Positions 49,601-63,230 of a DNA stretch of 64,000 bases are shown here, in pieces. Source of the DNA: Mobula birostris (taxonomy: Eukaryota); the NCBI RefSeq assembly GCF_030028105.1, contig NC_092395.1, positions 43,800,459-43,864,458 of the forward strand. Reading direction: 5' to 3'. The first letter of the stretch is position 1. Every line of letters starts with the position of its first letter. The notes beneath the pieces are model-generated. The model was not told the DNA's origin. It saw only the letters and a list, made by a program, of their open reading frames with translations, and searched no databases. Made by a program: the position numbers and the translations under genes.

Positions 49601-51171
49601 TTCAACATCTTCTGATCCTATGCAACATAGTTCCATTGATCTGATGCCAACTTTACCAGCAGAGCTGTGCTATCCTCTCCGCCAATCTCTTGTCCCTCCA
49701 ATACAACAAGTAACCTTGGACATTCAGCTCCCAACTACATCCATCCTTCAGCCATGAGTCAGTGATGGCCACATCATACCTGACAATCTGTAATAGTGCA
49801 ACAAGATCATCAACTTTATTTCTTATGCTCCGTGCATTGAGATATAACACTTCGGGTGTTGTATTTCTACACTTTTTGATTTTGCATCCCTAATGCATGG
49901 ATACTCACCTCACTGGCTGCAATTTTGTCTTATCATCTGCCTACCCTTCTTGATAGACTGACTCCACACTACCTTTGTTTTTTTACCATCTGTCCTATCC
50001 TGAGTCCTTTCATTCCTTTTCTCACCCTGCTACCAAAATTAGTTCAAACTCCCCAACAGCTCTAAAAAACTTGCCTGTGAGAATATTGTTCCCACACTGG
50101 TTCAGGTGCAATCTGTCCCTTTTGTACAGGTCATACCTCCGCCAGAAGACATTCCAAGGATCCACGAAACTTGAAGCACTGCCCTTGTACCAGCTTCTTA
50201 GCCACACATTTATCTGCCAAATCGTCCTGTTTCTACCCTCGTTAGTAACTGGAACAGGTAGTAAATCCAGAAATTACTACCCTGGAGGCCATTCCACTGA
50301 TCTTTCTGCCTAGCTCTCTAAATTCTCTCTTCAGGACCTCATTCTTTTCCATCCTTTGTCATTAGTACCAAGATGTATCAGGACATCAGGCTGCTCTTCT
50401 TTCCTCTCTAAAGTGCTGTGGATGCGATCCAAGTTATCTCCGACCCTGGCACGTGGGAAACAGCATGCCATCCGGGTGTCCTGTTCATGTCCACAAAATC
50501 TCCTGTCTGTTGCTCTGATTATTGAGTTTACTATCACTGCTGCTTCTCTCTTCTCCCTCTTTCCTTTCTGCACTATGGACCCACGTTCAGTGCCAGAAAC
50601 CCAGTCTCTGTGGCATTCCCTTGAGGGTCAACACCCACAATACTATCCAAAACTGTATACTAGTTTTTGAGAAGAATGGCCACAGGGGTGATCTGTGCTA
50701 ACTACCTATTCACATTTCAATTTCTCTTGATCTCATGCAGCTACTCGCCTCCTGCAACTTCAGGCTGACTATTTCCCTGTTACTCTGATCAATCGTCTCC
50801 TCATTCTCCCGTTAAAAACCTGATGTCATCTATCTGCTGCTCCAGATCCCTGACACAGTCTTCAAGGAGCTGCAACTGGTTGCACTTCATATAGATGTAG
50901 TTCCCTGGGAGACTCTGGGTTTCCCAGGACTCAAACATCCGGCATGAAGAACACACTGCGGTCATTTACTACGCTATGTACAGTAAGAGAGAGGGAAAAA
51001 TGGAAGCTTACAGAAGCTTACCTGGAGCCAATGTCTATTCTGAGCTGAAGCATCTTTTGAGTCAAAGTCTGACACTCGCCTCCTCCCCGCAATAGCTGCA
51101 ATATCTTGTGCTTTCTGTACTTTTATTTAAATTGTTGTGGCCTGCTCCTACCGCCGATTGGGCCTCCGGTG
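46671..51171 (-). mobile_element. Near full-length CR1 LINE (ORF1 esterase-like region, APE, RT), decayed
   Basis: LYLNARSIRNKVD (49850), MGDFNLQV, RT ORF 47680-48138, and an ORF1 region at 50-51 kb (DVLIHLGTND). The flanks rejoin the Gmr1 frame (DGYV|NIFR). Confidence 0.85.
48383..48767. mobile_element. Solo LTR (385 bp) inserted in the CR1
   Basis: TGTCA...TGACA termini; 5-bp flanks CTTTC / CGTTC (TSD with one mismatch). Confidence 0.75.
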
Positions 51172-53166
51172 TAACATAACCATCTGTTCCCAGGCATGAT
51201 CCCTTACCGTCTTTCTCCCTTACACTCTCAAATAGGGGTTTTAGGAATCGTTTTGGAGTTCACTGATGTCACTGGGAACCTGCCATGGACCCATCTGAGA
51301 TGTGCGCTGTTTGGTGTAGGGATGGTTGCACCTAAGGCCTTCTCCACGCAGCACTGACTACATATTTTCTGAGGGCCCTTCCCACCTCCCTCAGACAAGC
51401 TGACAAGCCCAGCTTTGGTCTGCTCTCACGTGTACACAGGTTACGAAAACTTAAGAGTGATACTACGTTCAGTTTTTTGCAAGAAATTTGACAACACTGG
51501 CCTTTCCAGCCCAATGACCATATCTCTAGGCAAGTTCCTAATCACCCCGACCCACAAAGGAGAGACCTGATTGTCAATGCCAAGGATATGTTCTGTTGTA
51601 GGATATAACTTAACATCCCCATGCACACATTTAAAATCGCCCCACCCCTGCACCTTACACCAATATGAGCCTTCAGTAAGGATTGCCTTACGCTAGGAGA
51701 AAAGGGATAGTACATTCTTTGGAATACGGCTGTGGGGCTGTGTTATTACCATGAGCCTAAGCAATTACACAAAATCAAAACACAGGATTTCACATCATTC
51801 TTCAAAATATCAAATGTCCACAAATGCATCTATCACAATGAGATCAGAATGACATTGCACAACAAAGTCAATCAACAACTATTCATGTTCCAGGAGTCAG
51901 CACTTTTCTCCATCTCTCAAAATTAACTCACTGCTGAGCCAGCTCAGAGCATGTGCCTCCACAAACAGGCACCTTTTTAAGACACCCCGCCCATCAGTCA
52001 GGGGCCCTTCCTGAAAGTGGAAGCAACAAGAACACTATCTATCCCGGAGGGGGAAATACAAACCAATGTGCCCACACTGTGCATTCGCCTAACATGCAAC
52101 CGATAAGCATAATGTCAGCACAGCCAGACAGGGACAACGAGACTTACGAGGCTACTGGGGCGGAGGAAGAAATTACATGTGGCGGACTTACTCGGCCACA
52201 GCTGGCTTCCCAACCCTCCAAAATTTGTGCAGTGATATTGGGCTGAAAGTTCCAGTGTCCATACCAGAGATGACAAAGAAACTGGTCAGGATAATGAATG
52301 ACGTTGGAGTAAGTTGGGCCGGGGTGTGGGATGGGGAGGTGGAATCCAGCTTGGCTTGTCCCTGTGTGCTGTTCATTTGTGTTAATGATGCTGCTGAAGA
52401 AGCCTTGCAGTGAAATTCGATCTGCACTCACCCAGACTGATTCCAGCCAGGCTTTGATTACGGTAGCCATGTTGGATTTCTCTGACTGCCCAGACCTCAA
52501 TGTTATAATCAGCTGGGAAATCTGTCATTCAGTAGTTTGCCAGTGAGTGGGTGAAATAAATCTGCTGTCATTCTTCTCGCCTCACTGACTCTCCAATTAT
52601 TATCCCACAGTTGATCAGGCCATTAGTTTTGATTGCAGCTGGTTTTGGCAAAACAGTGCAGCGTAAAGCAGAACTAACCATCCCAGGGCTGCCCAAGTAC
52701 CCCCTTATTTCCATTTACTTCCTACTGAAGCAGTGGGCCATGCATTGGGAGGATGAGAACAATGACGCTTAGGTAGCATGTGAGGCATATCATGCAGTGT
52801 TGATATCTCATAGCTTCAGCAACCTGGATTTGATTCTCAGTGTGTCCATCTGAAATTAGTATGTCCTCTCTGTTACCACTTGAGTTTCACACTGATGCTT
52901 TATTTTCCTTGCATCATGCAGATATGGTTCTGTAACTTGCCCCTCAGTATAATGAAGCAACAAAAGAATCAAAGGGTTTTTGATGGCATGTGTGAAGAGA
53001 ATGGATCTGGGAATAATGGGACTACACTTTTGGGAGCTTGTATGGATCCAGTGGGCTGTATGGACTCATTATATGTTTTACTAAATAACAATTGCACAAC
53101 TTCTGCTTTAATATTTAATTACTAACGTTTTTTCAGTGTAAAATTACTACAAATGATAACTATCTT

Positions 53167-53185
53167 CCTCATGTAGGGGGCACTG
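53167..53185 (+). promoter_or_regulatory. Candidate CTCF site (CCTCATGTAGGGGGCACTG)
   Basis: Paralog of 38083-38101, with one mismatch to the core consensus. Confidence 0.45.
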
Positions 53186-54832
53186 AGATGTCACTAACTA
53201 GGAACAGGTTGCTTTCAGATTTTTCAGGTGGGAGTGGTGGCTCTTGGCCATTGCATTATGGATATTTTGTGAATGTGTTTTCTTTCCCAGGAAACTAGTG
53301 CTGCAGTGCCTGTGATGTGGGAAAATAAACCTGGGGTCCAACTTAACACAATGATCAAGGAAGCACTCCAGAAGGAAAACGCTTCTTCCAGGCAAGGATG
53401 CAGTTTAACTTGGAGTCAGTATTGCAGGTGTTCAAACACTCAGCCAACTCCTGACAACTTCACTAAGATGGAGTAGTCTGAGCCTCTTCCTTGGGATGGA
53501 AAGGGAGATTCCATGAACTCCTGTCAATCAGAGCTATGTTGGTACTTGGCTACCCACTGAACAATGGATAGCATTGTCCAAGTGATGGCTGCGTGAAGCT
53601 ATTTTGAAGTGAGGTCCAGTATTGCTCAGTCATGCACAATCTTCAGTGATGTGTCATCAATGCATTTAGGTAATTTTTCACATGAACATTGATTTAGATG
53701 AAGTAGATTGCTCAACCACTTGAACCTGCTCTGATATTCAATCACATTATGGATGATCTTATTGAAACCTTTATGTCCTCTTACTCTGTGTTCCTGGAAA
53801 CTTTTCACTCTCTTCCTAAAATTAAATTATCAATTGATTTTGCTTCACAGCCCTTTGAGAGAAAAAAGGTTTATGAACCCCTGAGAGAAGAACAAATTAA
53901 TCTTCAAATCTGTCCTAAATTGACAGCCCCTGATTTTTGAACAGTAACAATTTGTTCCAGATACTCCTAAAAGAGGAAACATCCTGTTGATAGCCATCCT
54001 GCCAAGATCACTCAGGAGCTGATGAACCACTCAATTTCCCTCTCAGTCTTCAAAACTCTAGTGTATATAGGCCTTGCCACTCTCACAAGAGGCCCTACAC
54101 TTCAGAGAGCTGAATCCAGTAAAAAGGGATAAAAAGCACCGTTCCTCCTTCCAAGTAGCAAAGCTATTGGAGAGGAGTCTTAGGCTTTGGATTGAGCTAC
54201 ATTTGGAAAAGCATAGGCTTATTAGCAACTTTCAAGATGGCTTTGTGCAGCACACATTATGCCTTACTAAATAGACTGAGGTATTTGAAAAGGTGACAAA
54301 GATGATAGATGAGGGTAAAGCAGTAAAAGTTGTCTACATACATTTTAGGAAGACATTTAATAAGCACCTTCAGGTTAGCCTGATGATGAATATTAATTAA
54401 TTCACTTTGTAAACCGGATACAAAATTAGTTAGCCATAAAAGATAGAACATAGCACTGGTAGAGCAATGGCCAGATTGGAGGTCTATGTAAATTGGTGTT
54501 CCACAGGAATCAGTATTGTGACCTCTGTTGTTTATGACATACAGCAAATGAGTTGGAGAAAAATACAGAGTGTCTGATTAGTAGGCTTGCAGATGGAAAA
54601 AGGAATTCAAAGCGCATTTGCAGTTACCGGATGTAATCTTACCAATGTTCCTTTCAACAGAAACGCAGAATGCTGAATTCAGAAAAGCTACCTGGACCTG
54701 ATAGCTAAGCCACATGAAACAGATGGACTACACCACAGGTTATGAAAGAGGTAGCTTAAAGATTGTGGAGGCATTAGAAGTCATCTTTCAATAATCATTA
54801 GATTCTGGGATGGTTTTGGAGGACTAGAAAAT

Positions 54833-56477
54833 ACTTAATACTTTATTTATACTTTATACTTTATTGTCGCCAAACAATTGATACTAGAACGTAAAATCAT
54901 CACAACGATATTTGATTCTGCACTTCACGTTCCATGGAGAACAAATCAATAGTAAATATTAAAAATTTAAAATTTAAATTATAAATAATAAATAGAAAAT
55001 AGAAAAGGGAAAGTCAGTTAGTGCAAAAAAATACTGAGAGCCAGGTCTGGATATTTGGAGGGTATGGCCCAGATCCAGGTCAGGATCCGTTCAGCAGTCT
55101 TATCACAGTTGGAAAGAAGCTGTTTCCAAATCTGGCCATTCGAGTCTTCAAGCTCCTGAGCCTTCTCCTGGAGGGAAGAAGGACGAAAAGTGTGTTGGCT
55201 GAGTGGGTCGCGTCCTTGATTATCCTGGCAGCACTGCTCCGACATCATGCGGTGTACAGTGAGTCCAAGGACGGAAGATTGGTTTGTATGATGTACTGGG
55301 CTGTGTTCACAATCTTCTGCAGCTTCTTCCAGTCTTGGACAGGACAACTTCCATACCAGGTTGTGATGCACACTAGAAGAATGTTTTCTTAGGTGCATCT
55401 ATAAAAATTAGTGAGAGTTTTAGGGGACAGGCCAAATTGTTTTAGCTTTCTCAGGAAGTAAAGGCGCTGGTAGGCCTTCTTGGCAGTGGACTCTGCTTGG
55501 TTAGACCAAGTCAAGTCATTTGTGATATTGACCTCAAGGAACTTAAAGCTTTTGACCTGATCCACTTGCGCACCACCGATGTAAATGGGGTTTTGCGGTC
55601 CGCTACTCCTTCCGAGGTCAACAACCAATTCCTTTGTCTTGCTGACGTTGAGGGATAGGTTATTGTCTTTGCACCATGCCACCAGGTTCTTAATTTCCTC
55701 TCTGTACTCAAACTCATCATTACCTGAGATACGGCCGACAGTTGTGGTGTCATCAGCAAACTTATATATTGAGTTTGATGGAAACTTGGCTACACAAACA
55801 TGGGTGTACAGTGAGTACAGCAGGGGGCTGAGTACACAGCCTTGTGGGGCACCGGTGCTCAGAGTGATTGTAGAGAAGAGCTTGTCCCCTATTTTTACAG
55901 CCTGGGTCCTGTCTGTGAGGAAGTTGAAGATCCAACTTCAGATCTGAGTGCTAAGACCCAGGTTCTGGAGATTAGAAATCAGTTTATTTGTAATGGTGGT
56001 ATTAAAGGCAGAGCTCTAGTCAATGGAAAGGAATCTTACATATGTGTCTTTATTCTCCAGGTGTTCTAAGGAGGAATGTAGGGCCAAAGAGATGGCATCT
56101 GCCATTGACCTGAAGTTCCGGTAGGCAAATTGCAGAGAGTTGAGGTTGACTGGTAGGCTGTAGTTGATGTGTGCCACAACCAATCACTCGAAGCAGGTCA
56201 TAGCAATTGATGCCAGAGCCACAGGTCGATAGTCATTCAGGCATACCACCTTGCCCTTCTTTGGCACCAGGATTATCGTTGCCTTCTTAAAACACTAGGG
56301 GATCTTAGACTGAAGCAAGGAGCAGTTGAAGATGTCAGCAAACACTCCAGCTAGCTCGCTTGCACAGGCCAGGAAAACCCGTCCCGGGATGCCATCTGGG
56401 CCCGTCGCCTTCCTTGGATTCATCTTCAGGAAGGCCCTTCTAATGTCTTCCTCGGTGATGATGAATCTACTCTTGCA
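54833..56477 (-). mobile_element. Rex1/Babar LINE 3' portion, specific to the cluster 2 flank
   Basis: [28 protein letters not shown]; (TAAAGTA)n tail. The flanks AAAAT/AAAAT rejoin the older CR1 seen uninterrupted in copy B. Confidence 0.9.
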
Positions 56478-56479
56478 AA

Positions 56480-57740
56480 AATTGCAAATGTCAGTCTACT
56501 CTTTAAGAAGGAAGGGATGCAAAAGATAGGAAATTATAATCCAGTCAGCCTTTGGTGGCTGGCAAGGTGTTAAAGTCCATTCTTCAGGATGAGATTTTGG
56601 GGTACTTGGAGACATATGATAAAATAGGCCAAAATCATGCTGCTAAATAAGATATGAGCCCATGGTATTACAGGAAAGTTACAGGCATGGATAGAATTTT
56701 GGCTGACTAGCGGGAGGCAAAGAGTGGGAATGAAGAGGGCCTTTAGTGGTTGGCTGTCAGTGACTGCTGCTGTTCTGCGGGGGTTAGTGTTGGGACCGCT
56801 TGTTTTCACCTTATTCATCAATTATTTAGATAATGAAATTTATATCTTTATGAGCAAGTTTGTGGACGATATAAACATAGGTGGAGGGACATGTTGTGTT
56901 GTGGAAGCATGGGGTATGCAGAAGGAAGGACATGGACAGATTAGGAAAATGGGCAGGGAAGTGGGAGATAGAAGACAGTGCACGGAGGTGTATGCCCATG
57001 CTCTTCAGGAGGAGGAATAAAACTTGAGACTATTTTTTAATGGACAAAAATTCAGAAATCAGAGGTGCAAAGGCACCTAATAGTCCTTGAGCAGAATTCC
57101 CTAAAGATTAATTTGCATGTTGAGTCAGTAGTAAGGAAAGTAATTGCAATTTTAGCGTTTGTTTTGAGAGGACTAAAATATGAAAGCAAAGATGTAATGA
57201 TGAGGCTTTACAAGCTATTAGTCAGACCGCACAAGGGGTATTGTGGGCAGTTTTGATGCCCCTAACTGGAAAAGGATGTAGGGCATTGTAGACAAGGTTC
57301 ACGAGAGTGATCGCTGGAGTGAAACGGTTAGCATATGATGAGCATTTGATGGCTCTGGACCTGTACTCGGTGGAGTTCAGAAGAATGAAGAGGGGATATA
57401 ATTGAAACCTTCAAATATTGAAAAGGAAAGGGGAGTGGATGTGGAGAGGATGTTTCCAATATTTGGAGAATATAGTACCAGGGAGCAGTGCTTCAGAATA
57501 CGAGGATGTCCCTTTAGAACAGAGATGAAAAGGAATTTCCTCAGCCAGAAAGTAAAGAATCTGTTGAAAATTCTCACAGGCAGCTATGGAGGCCATGTCA
57601 ATGGGCGTTTTTAAAGTAGTGCTTGATAGGTTCTTGATTGGTAAGGGGGTCAAAGCATAGTGGTAGAAGGCAGGAGAACGGGATTGAAAAGGGTAATATA
57701 TCAACCACGGCAGAGTGCCTAATTTCATGTCCTGTGTCTC
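56480..57740 (+). mobile_element. Old CR1 3' fragment (paralog of 1370-2640)
   Basis: RT motifs GLVLGPLVFTLFIN..KFVDD; junction shared with cluster 1. Confidence 0.75.
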
Positions 57741-58063
57741 ATGAAGATCTTACAGTGGAAGGAAGATTCCTGATGAAGCAGCAGAACATGCTAGGGTTCA
57801 ATTTATTCCATGAGGAACTGCTGCAGTGATATCATGGTACTGGGACGTTTGAAGTACAACAAACACATCTTACGTTAGGTGAGGTATGATTCCAGTTACT
57901 GGTGTAATTTGCTCATGATCCCAGTGTTACCATTACTTGATGGCATGTTTGAGGAGAACCGAACAAACACAAATCCGATTGCTCTGTTGGGACCTTGCAT
58001 TGACCCGGTGGGCTGAATGGCCTCATTTTTCTGCTTTGATAAATTCCACCATAAGACCATAGG

Positions 58064-61000
58064 GCACAGCAGGGGGATGGGAACAAGTGCAGAGAGACAG
58101 AGGGGTGTAAAATGAGGGTAGAAGCAAAAAGTAGTAAGGTGAAAAGTAAAAGTGGCAGGCCGGCAAATCCAGGGCAAAAATCAAAAAGGGCCACTTTTCA
58201 ACATAATTGTATAAGGGCAAAGAGTGTTGTAAAAGTGAGTCTGAAGGCTTTGTGTGTCAATGCAAGGAACATTCGTAAGAAGGTGGATGAATTAAAAGTG
58301 CAGATTGTTATTAATGAATATGATATAGTTGGGATCACAGAGATATGGCTCCAGGGTGACCAGGGATGGGAGCTCAACATTCAGGGATATTCAATATTCA
58401 GGAGGGATAGACATGAAAGAAAAGGAGGTGGGGTAGCATTGCTGGTTAGAGAGGAGATTAACTCAATAGAAAGGAAGGACATTAGCCGGGAGGATGTGGA
58501 ATCAATATGGGTAGAGCTGCATAACACTAAGGGGCAGAAAACGCTGGTGGGATCTGTGTATAGGCCACCTAACAGCAGTAGTGAGGTTGGGGATGGTATT
58601 AAAAAGGAAATTAGAAATATGTGCAATAAAGGATCAGCAGTTATAATGGGTGACTTCAATCTACATATAGATTGGGTGAACCAAATTGGTAAGGGTGCTG
58701 AGGAAGAGGATTTCTTGGAATGTATGCGGGATGATTTTTTGAACCAACATGTCGAGAAACCATCTAGAGAGCAGGCTATTCTGGACTGGGTATTGAGCAA
58801 TGAGGAAGGGTTAATTAGCAATCTTGTCATGAGAGGCCCCTTGGGTAAGAGTGACCATAATATGGTGGAATTCTTTATTAAGATGGAGAGTGACATCGTT
58901 AATTAAGAAACAAAGGTTCTGAAGTTACAGAAGGGTAACTTTGAAGGTATGAGACGTGAATTAGCTAAGATAGACTGGCAAATGACACTTAAAGGGTTGA
59001 CGGTGGATATGGAATGGAAAGCATTTAAAGATCGCATGGATGAACTACAACAATTGTTCATCCCAGTTTGGCAAAAGAATAAATCAAGGAAGGTAGTGCA
59101 CCTGTGGCTGACAAGGGAAATTGGGGATAGTATCAATTTCAAAGAAGAAGCATACACATTAGCCAGAAAAAAGTGGCTTACCTGAGGACTGGGAGAAATT
59201 CAGAGTCCAGCAGAGAAGGACAAAGGGCTTAATTAGGAAGGGGAAGAAAGATTATGAGAGAAAACTGGCAGGGAACATAAAAACTGACTGTAAAAACTTA
59301 TATAGGTATGTGAAAAGAAAAAGATTGGTTAAGACAAATGTAGGTCCCCTACAGACAGAAACAGGTGAACTGATTATGGGGAGCAAGGACATGGCAGACC
59401 AATTGAATAAATACTTTGGTTCTGTCTTCACTAAGGAGGACATAAATAATCTTTTGGAAATAGTAGGAGACAGAAGGTCCAGTGAGATGGAGGAACTGAG
59501 GGAAATACATGTTAGTAGGGAAGTGGTGTTAGGTAAATTGAAGGGATTAAAGGCAGATAAATCCCTAGGGCCAGATGGTCTGCATCCCAGAGTGCTTAAG
59601 GAAGTAGCCCAAGAAATAGTGGATGCATTAGTGATAATTTTTCAAAACTCTTTAGATTCTGGACTAGTTCCTGAGGATTGGAGGGTGGCTAATGTAACCT
59701 CACTTTTTAGAAAAGGAAGGAGAGACAAACCGGAGGAATTATAGACTGGTTAGCCTGACATCGGTGGTGGGGAAAATGCTAGAGTCAGATATCAAAGATG
59801 TGATAACAGCACATTTGGAAAGCGGTGAAATCATCGGACAAAGTCAGCATGGATTTGTGAAAGGAAAATCATGTCTGACGAATCTCACAGAAGTTTTTGA
59901 GGATGTAATTAGTAAAATGGATAGGGGAGAACCAGTGGACGTGCTAAATTTGGATTTTCAGAAGGCTTTTGACAAGTTCCCACACAGGAGATTAGTGTGC
60001 AAACTTAAAGCACATGGTATTGGGGGTAAGGTATTCATGTGGACAGAGAATTGGTTGGCAGACAAGAAGCAAAGAGTGGGAATAAACGGGACCTTTTCAG
60101 AATGGCAGGCAGTGACTAGTGGGGTACCGCAAGACTCAGTGCTGGGACCCCAGTTGTTTACAATATATATTAATGACTTAGATGAGAGAATTAAATGCAG
60201 CATCTCCAAGTTTGCTGATGACATGAACTGGGCGGCAGTGTTAGCTGTGAGGAGAATGCTAAGAGGATGCAGGGTGACTTGGATAGGTTAGGTGAGTGGG
60301 CAAATTCATGGCAGATGCAATTTAATGTGGATAAATGTGAGGTTATCCACTTTGGTGGCAAAAACAGGAAAACAGATTATTATCTGAATGGTGGCCGATT
60401 AGGGAAAGGGGAGGTGCAACGAGACGTGGGTGTCATTATACACCAGTCATGGAAAGTGGGCATGCAGGTACAGCAGGAGGTGAGAAAGGGAAATGGTATG
60501 CTGGCATTCATAGCAAGAGGATTCGAGTACAGGAACAGGGAGGTACGACTGCAGTTGTACAAGGCCTTGGTGAGACCACACCTGGAGTATTGTGTGCAGT
60601 TTTGGTCCCTAATCTGAGGAAAGACATCCTTGCTGTACATAGAGGGAGTACAAAGAAGGTTCACCAGATTGATTTCTGGGATGGCAGGACTTTCATGTGA
60701 TGAAAGACTGGATCGACTAGGCTTATACTCGTTGGAATTTAGAAGATTGAGGGGGAATCTTATTGAAACATATAAAATCCTGTTTGGACAGGCTAGATGC
60801 AGGAAGATTGTTCCCGATGTTGAAGAAGTCCAGAACGAGGGGTCACAGTTTGAGGATAAAGGAGAAGTCTTTTAGGACCGAGATTAGGAAAAAATTCTTC
60901 ACACAGAGAGCGGTGAATCTGTGGAATTCTCTGGCACAGGAAACAGTTGAGGCCAGTTCATTGGCTATATTTAAGAGGGAGTTAGATATGGCCCTTGTGG

Positions 61001-61134
61001 CTAAAGGGATCGGGGGTATGGGGGGAAGGCTGGTACAGGGTTCTGAGTTGGATGATCAGCCATGATCATACTGAATGGCGGTGCAGAATCGAAGGGCCGA
61101 ATGGCCTACTCCTGCACCTATTTTCTATGCTTCT
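58064..61134 (+). mobile_element. Young 5'-truncated CR1 LINE (ORF2: APE plus RT), specific to the cluster 2 flank
   Basis: ORF 58112-58906 (APE: NARNIRKK..YRPPN..MGDFN..SDH), RT fragments (LDFQKAFD..GVPQDSVLGP..KFADD), TTCTATG tail, and ATAGG direct repeats at 58059-63 / 61135-39. Confidence 0.92.
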
Positions 61135-62902
61135 ATAGGACATAGGAGCAGAAACAGGTCATTAAGCTCATCTGCTCCGCCATTCCATCTTGGTTGATTT
61201 ATTTTCCCTTTCGTTCCCATTCCTCTGCCTTGTCAGGTGCACGTTCACAAGTTTACTTAGTAAGAAACTAACCACCTCCTCTTTAAATATACCTAAGAAA
61301 TTGGGCAGACCAGTCATCTGTCGCAATGAATTCCACAGATTCGCCACCCTCTGGCCAAAGAAATTCCTCCCTATTTCCGTTCGAAAGGGACATCCTTGTA
61401 TTCAGAGAGTGTTCCCTTTGGTCCCTGACGAACTGTGGAGTACAACATGGGAACAGGTCAGTGTTTTATTTCTTTGTGTGATGGGAATGGAGTCTTGCCC
61501 ATTGCAGGGTGGATTTTTAATAAATGCGCTTTCTTTCTCAGAAACTCAGTGCTGCAATGTCTGTGCTGTTGGAAATCGAACCTGGGATTTCGCCTCCACT
61601 CTACCTTTCCATGCAAGTGCAAATGGCACAGTTCAAACTGCCAGCTGTACTAGAATTGCTGGGTTCTCTCTTTACCTCGCCCTCTGTCACCCATCTCACC
61701 CCTCTCCAAACTGGTTCCCTTAATGTCTTCCTGCCTCCTGGGCGTTTTTCTCTCTCATCTCACCTTCACTATCGACTGTTTCTCTGCCGTCCCCTTTGTC
61801 TCTCCATCCCATCTCTCCTTCCCTCTCTCAATATCTCTCTCTCTCTTTCAGAACAGACACACATTTCCTCCTTCTGCCACGACTCTCATGCTCCTCAGAA
61901 TGAACAGCAGCAGGGATGCAGCCAGTATTTCAAATCCCCGACTGAATCGCCCAATGGTGACTACCCCAACCATCGAAGTCACAGCAAGGGGGTGAGGGGG
62001 AGGTCAGCGGCGGAAGACTCTGAGCGAGTTGCTGGGGAGGGAGGGGAAGAACCAAAGTTGGAACAGGGTTCTGGACATGAATGTAATGGCACTGTGACTA
62101 AGAGAGGATGAGCGTTTAGCCTAGGAAGCATTGAACAGAGTGGGAAGGAGAAGGGAAGGAGGGCGAGGGCACAGCTGAGAGAATAGTGGAAAGGGGAGCA
62201 GTAGCTAACGTGAAATAAATCCTTAACTACTTGTCTCTGGACTCCTGTACATGCATACCATCACCCAATAGGTAGTTGACGAACAATATTTAAACTTATG
62301 ACCGAGAGAGTATTGAAAATGACATCAGGAATAATCTGAACCGAATCCCTAACTACTTTGTCTCTGGACTCCTGCAACGGCACGTCATTACCCAATAGAT
62401 ACTTGAGAAACATCATTTAAACTTCATCCCTTATGGCCGTGTTTACGTCAACCATTTCAGCTAACCAGACTTTCCACTTGGTGTCAGTATTGATGATTTC
62501 TGACGAAACCTCATGAGCCCGGAACGTTACGACAATATATCCCTCTCTCTACCAATGCTGCCCCAGAAACTGAATATATCCATCCATACTTATGTTCATT
62601 TCCTTTATTAACTTCCGAAATCCAACTGCTTTGCTTGCATTTTACATCGCAGCCAACGGTCAACCCACCACCCTGTTCTCGATTCTTTGCAGTTTCTCCG
62701 CAATGGAACTCCCCTTTCTTCTTTGCTGATATTCTGTGTCCGAGGCTGCGGAGAGATTTCCTGAACCTCTTGAAACCAGGATACGAACCAAAGCAGAGAC
62801 ACGTGTCTACTCTCTCTTCGCTCCTCCTACCCGGTGTCAGAATAGTAAAAACATGGACGATAAAGAGATGCACACACGGAAATCGTTCCTGCATTGAACA
62901 TC

Positions 62903-62958
62903 TTTATTGGTAGTTAGTCACCGTTACCGTCTGTCAGATGAATCACAAAACATTTATT
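62903..62958 (-). terminator. Tandem polyadenylation signals of cluster 2
   Basis: AATAAA at 62958-62953 and 62908-62903, homologous to those of cluster 1. Confidence 0.65.
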
Positions 62959-63230
62959 AATTATTCTAATTAATCCAACTCCGCTGTCAGAGAAAAGCAT
63001 TCACCGCCTGAAATTTCCAAATGCCAAGTAAATATTCGTGTAGCCTCTCAGTCGGGAAAAGAAGAAAATCAGCCTCAGGTATAAATATTCTAACATCACA
63101 GTGGAAACTACAGAGAGCGGAACAGAAGGGAAGTACAGTACAGTGAAGAGCGATTAAGAGTTGCAGAGGTGAAAGATAGTAAGCGGTGGTCTCCTGTTAA
63201 TCAGGGAACAAACAAGATCGAAGCCGCGCT

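Larger units (their letters stand above)
44765..51690 (-). mobile_element. Gmr1-like Gypsy retrotransposon pol relic (PR-INT-RT-RH), split by a CR1
   Basis: Protease region at 51250-51690 (KCVHGDVKLYPT), integrase at 46670-46000, RT at 45753-45367 (MPFGLHGAP..YLDD), RNase H to ~44765 (DTDHQALNWI). Confidence 0.8.

Noticed and set aside
58198-60664. Antisense ORFs over the young CR1 (e.g. 58381-58896)
   Set aside because: Shadow frames of CR1 ORF2.
61524-62111. 195-aa plus-strand ORF near cluster 2
   Set aside because: Low-complexity CT/GA-rich sequence, no recognisable domain, and the frame is not preserved in the cluster 1 paralog.
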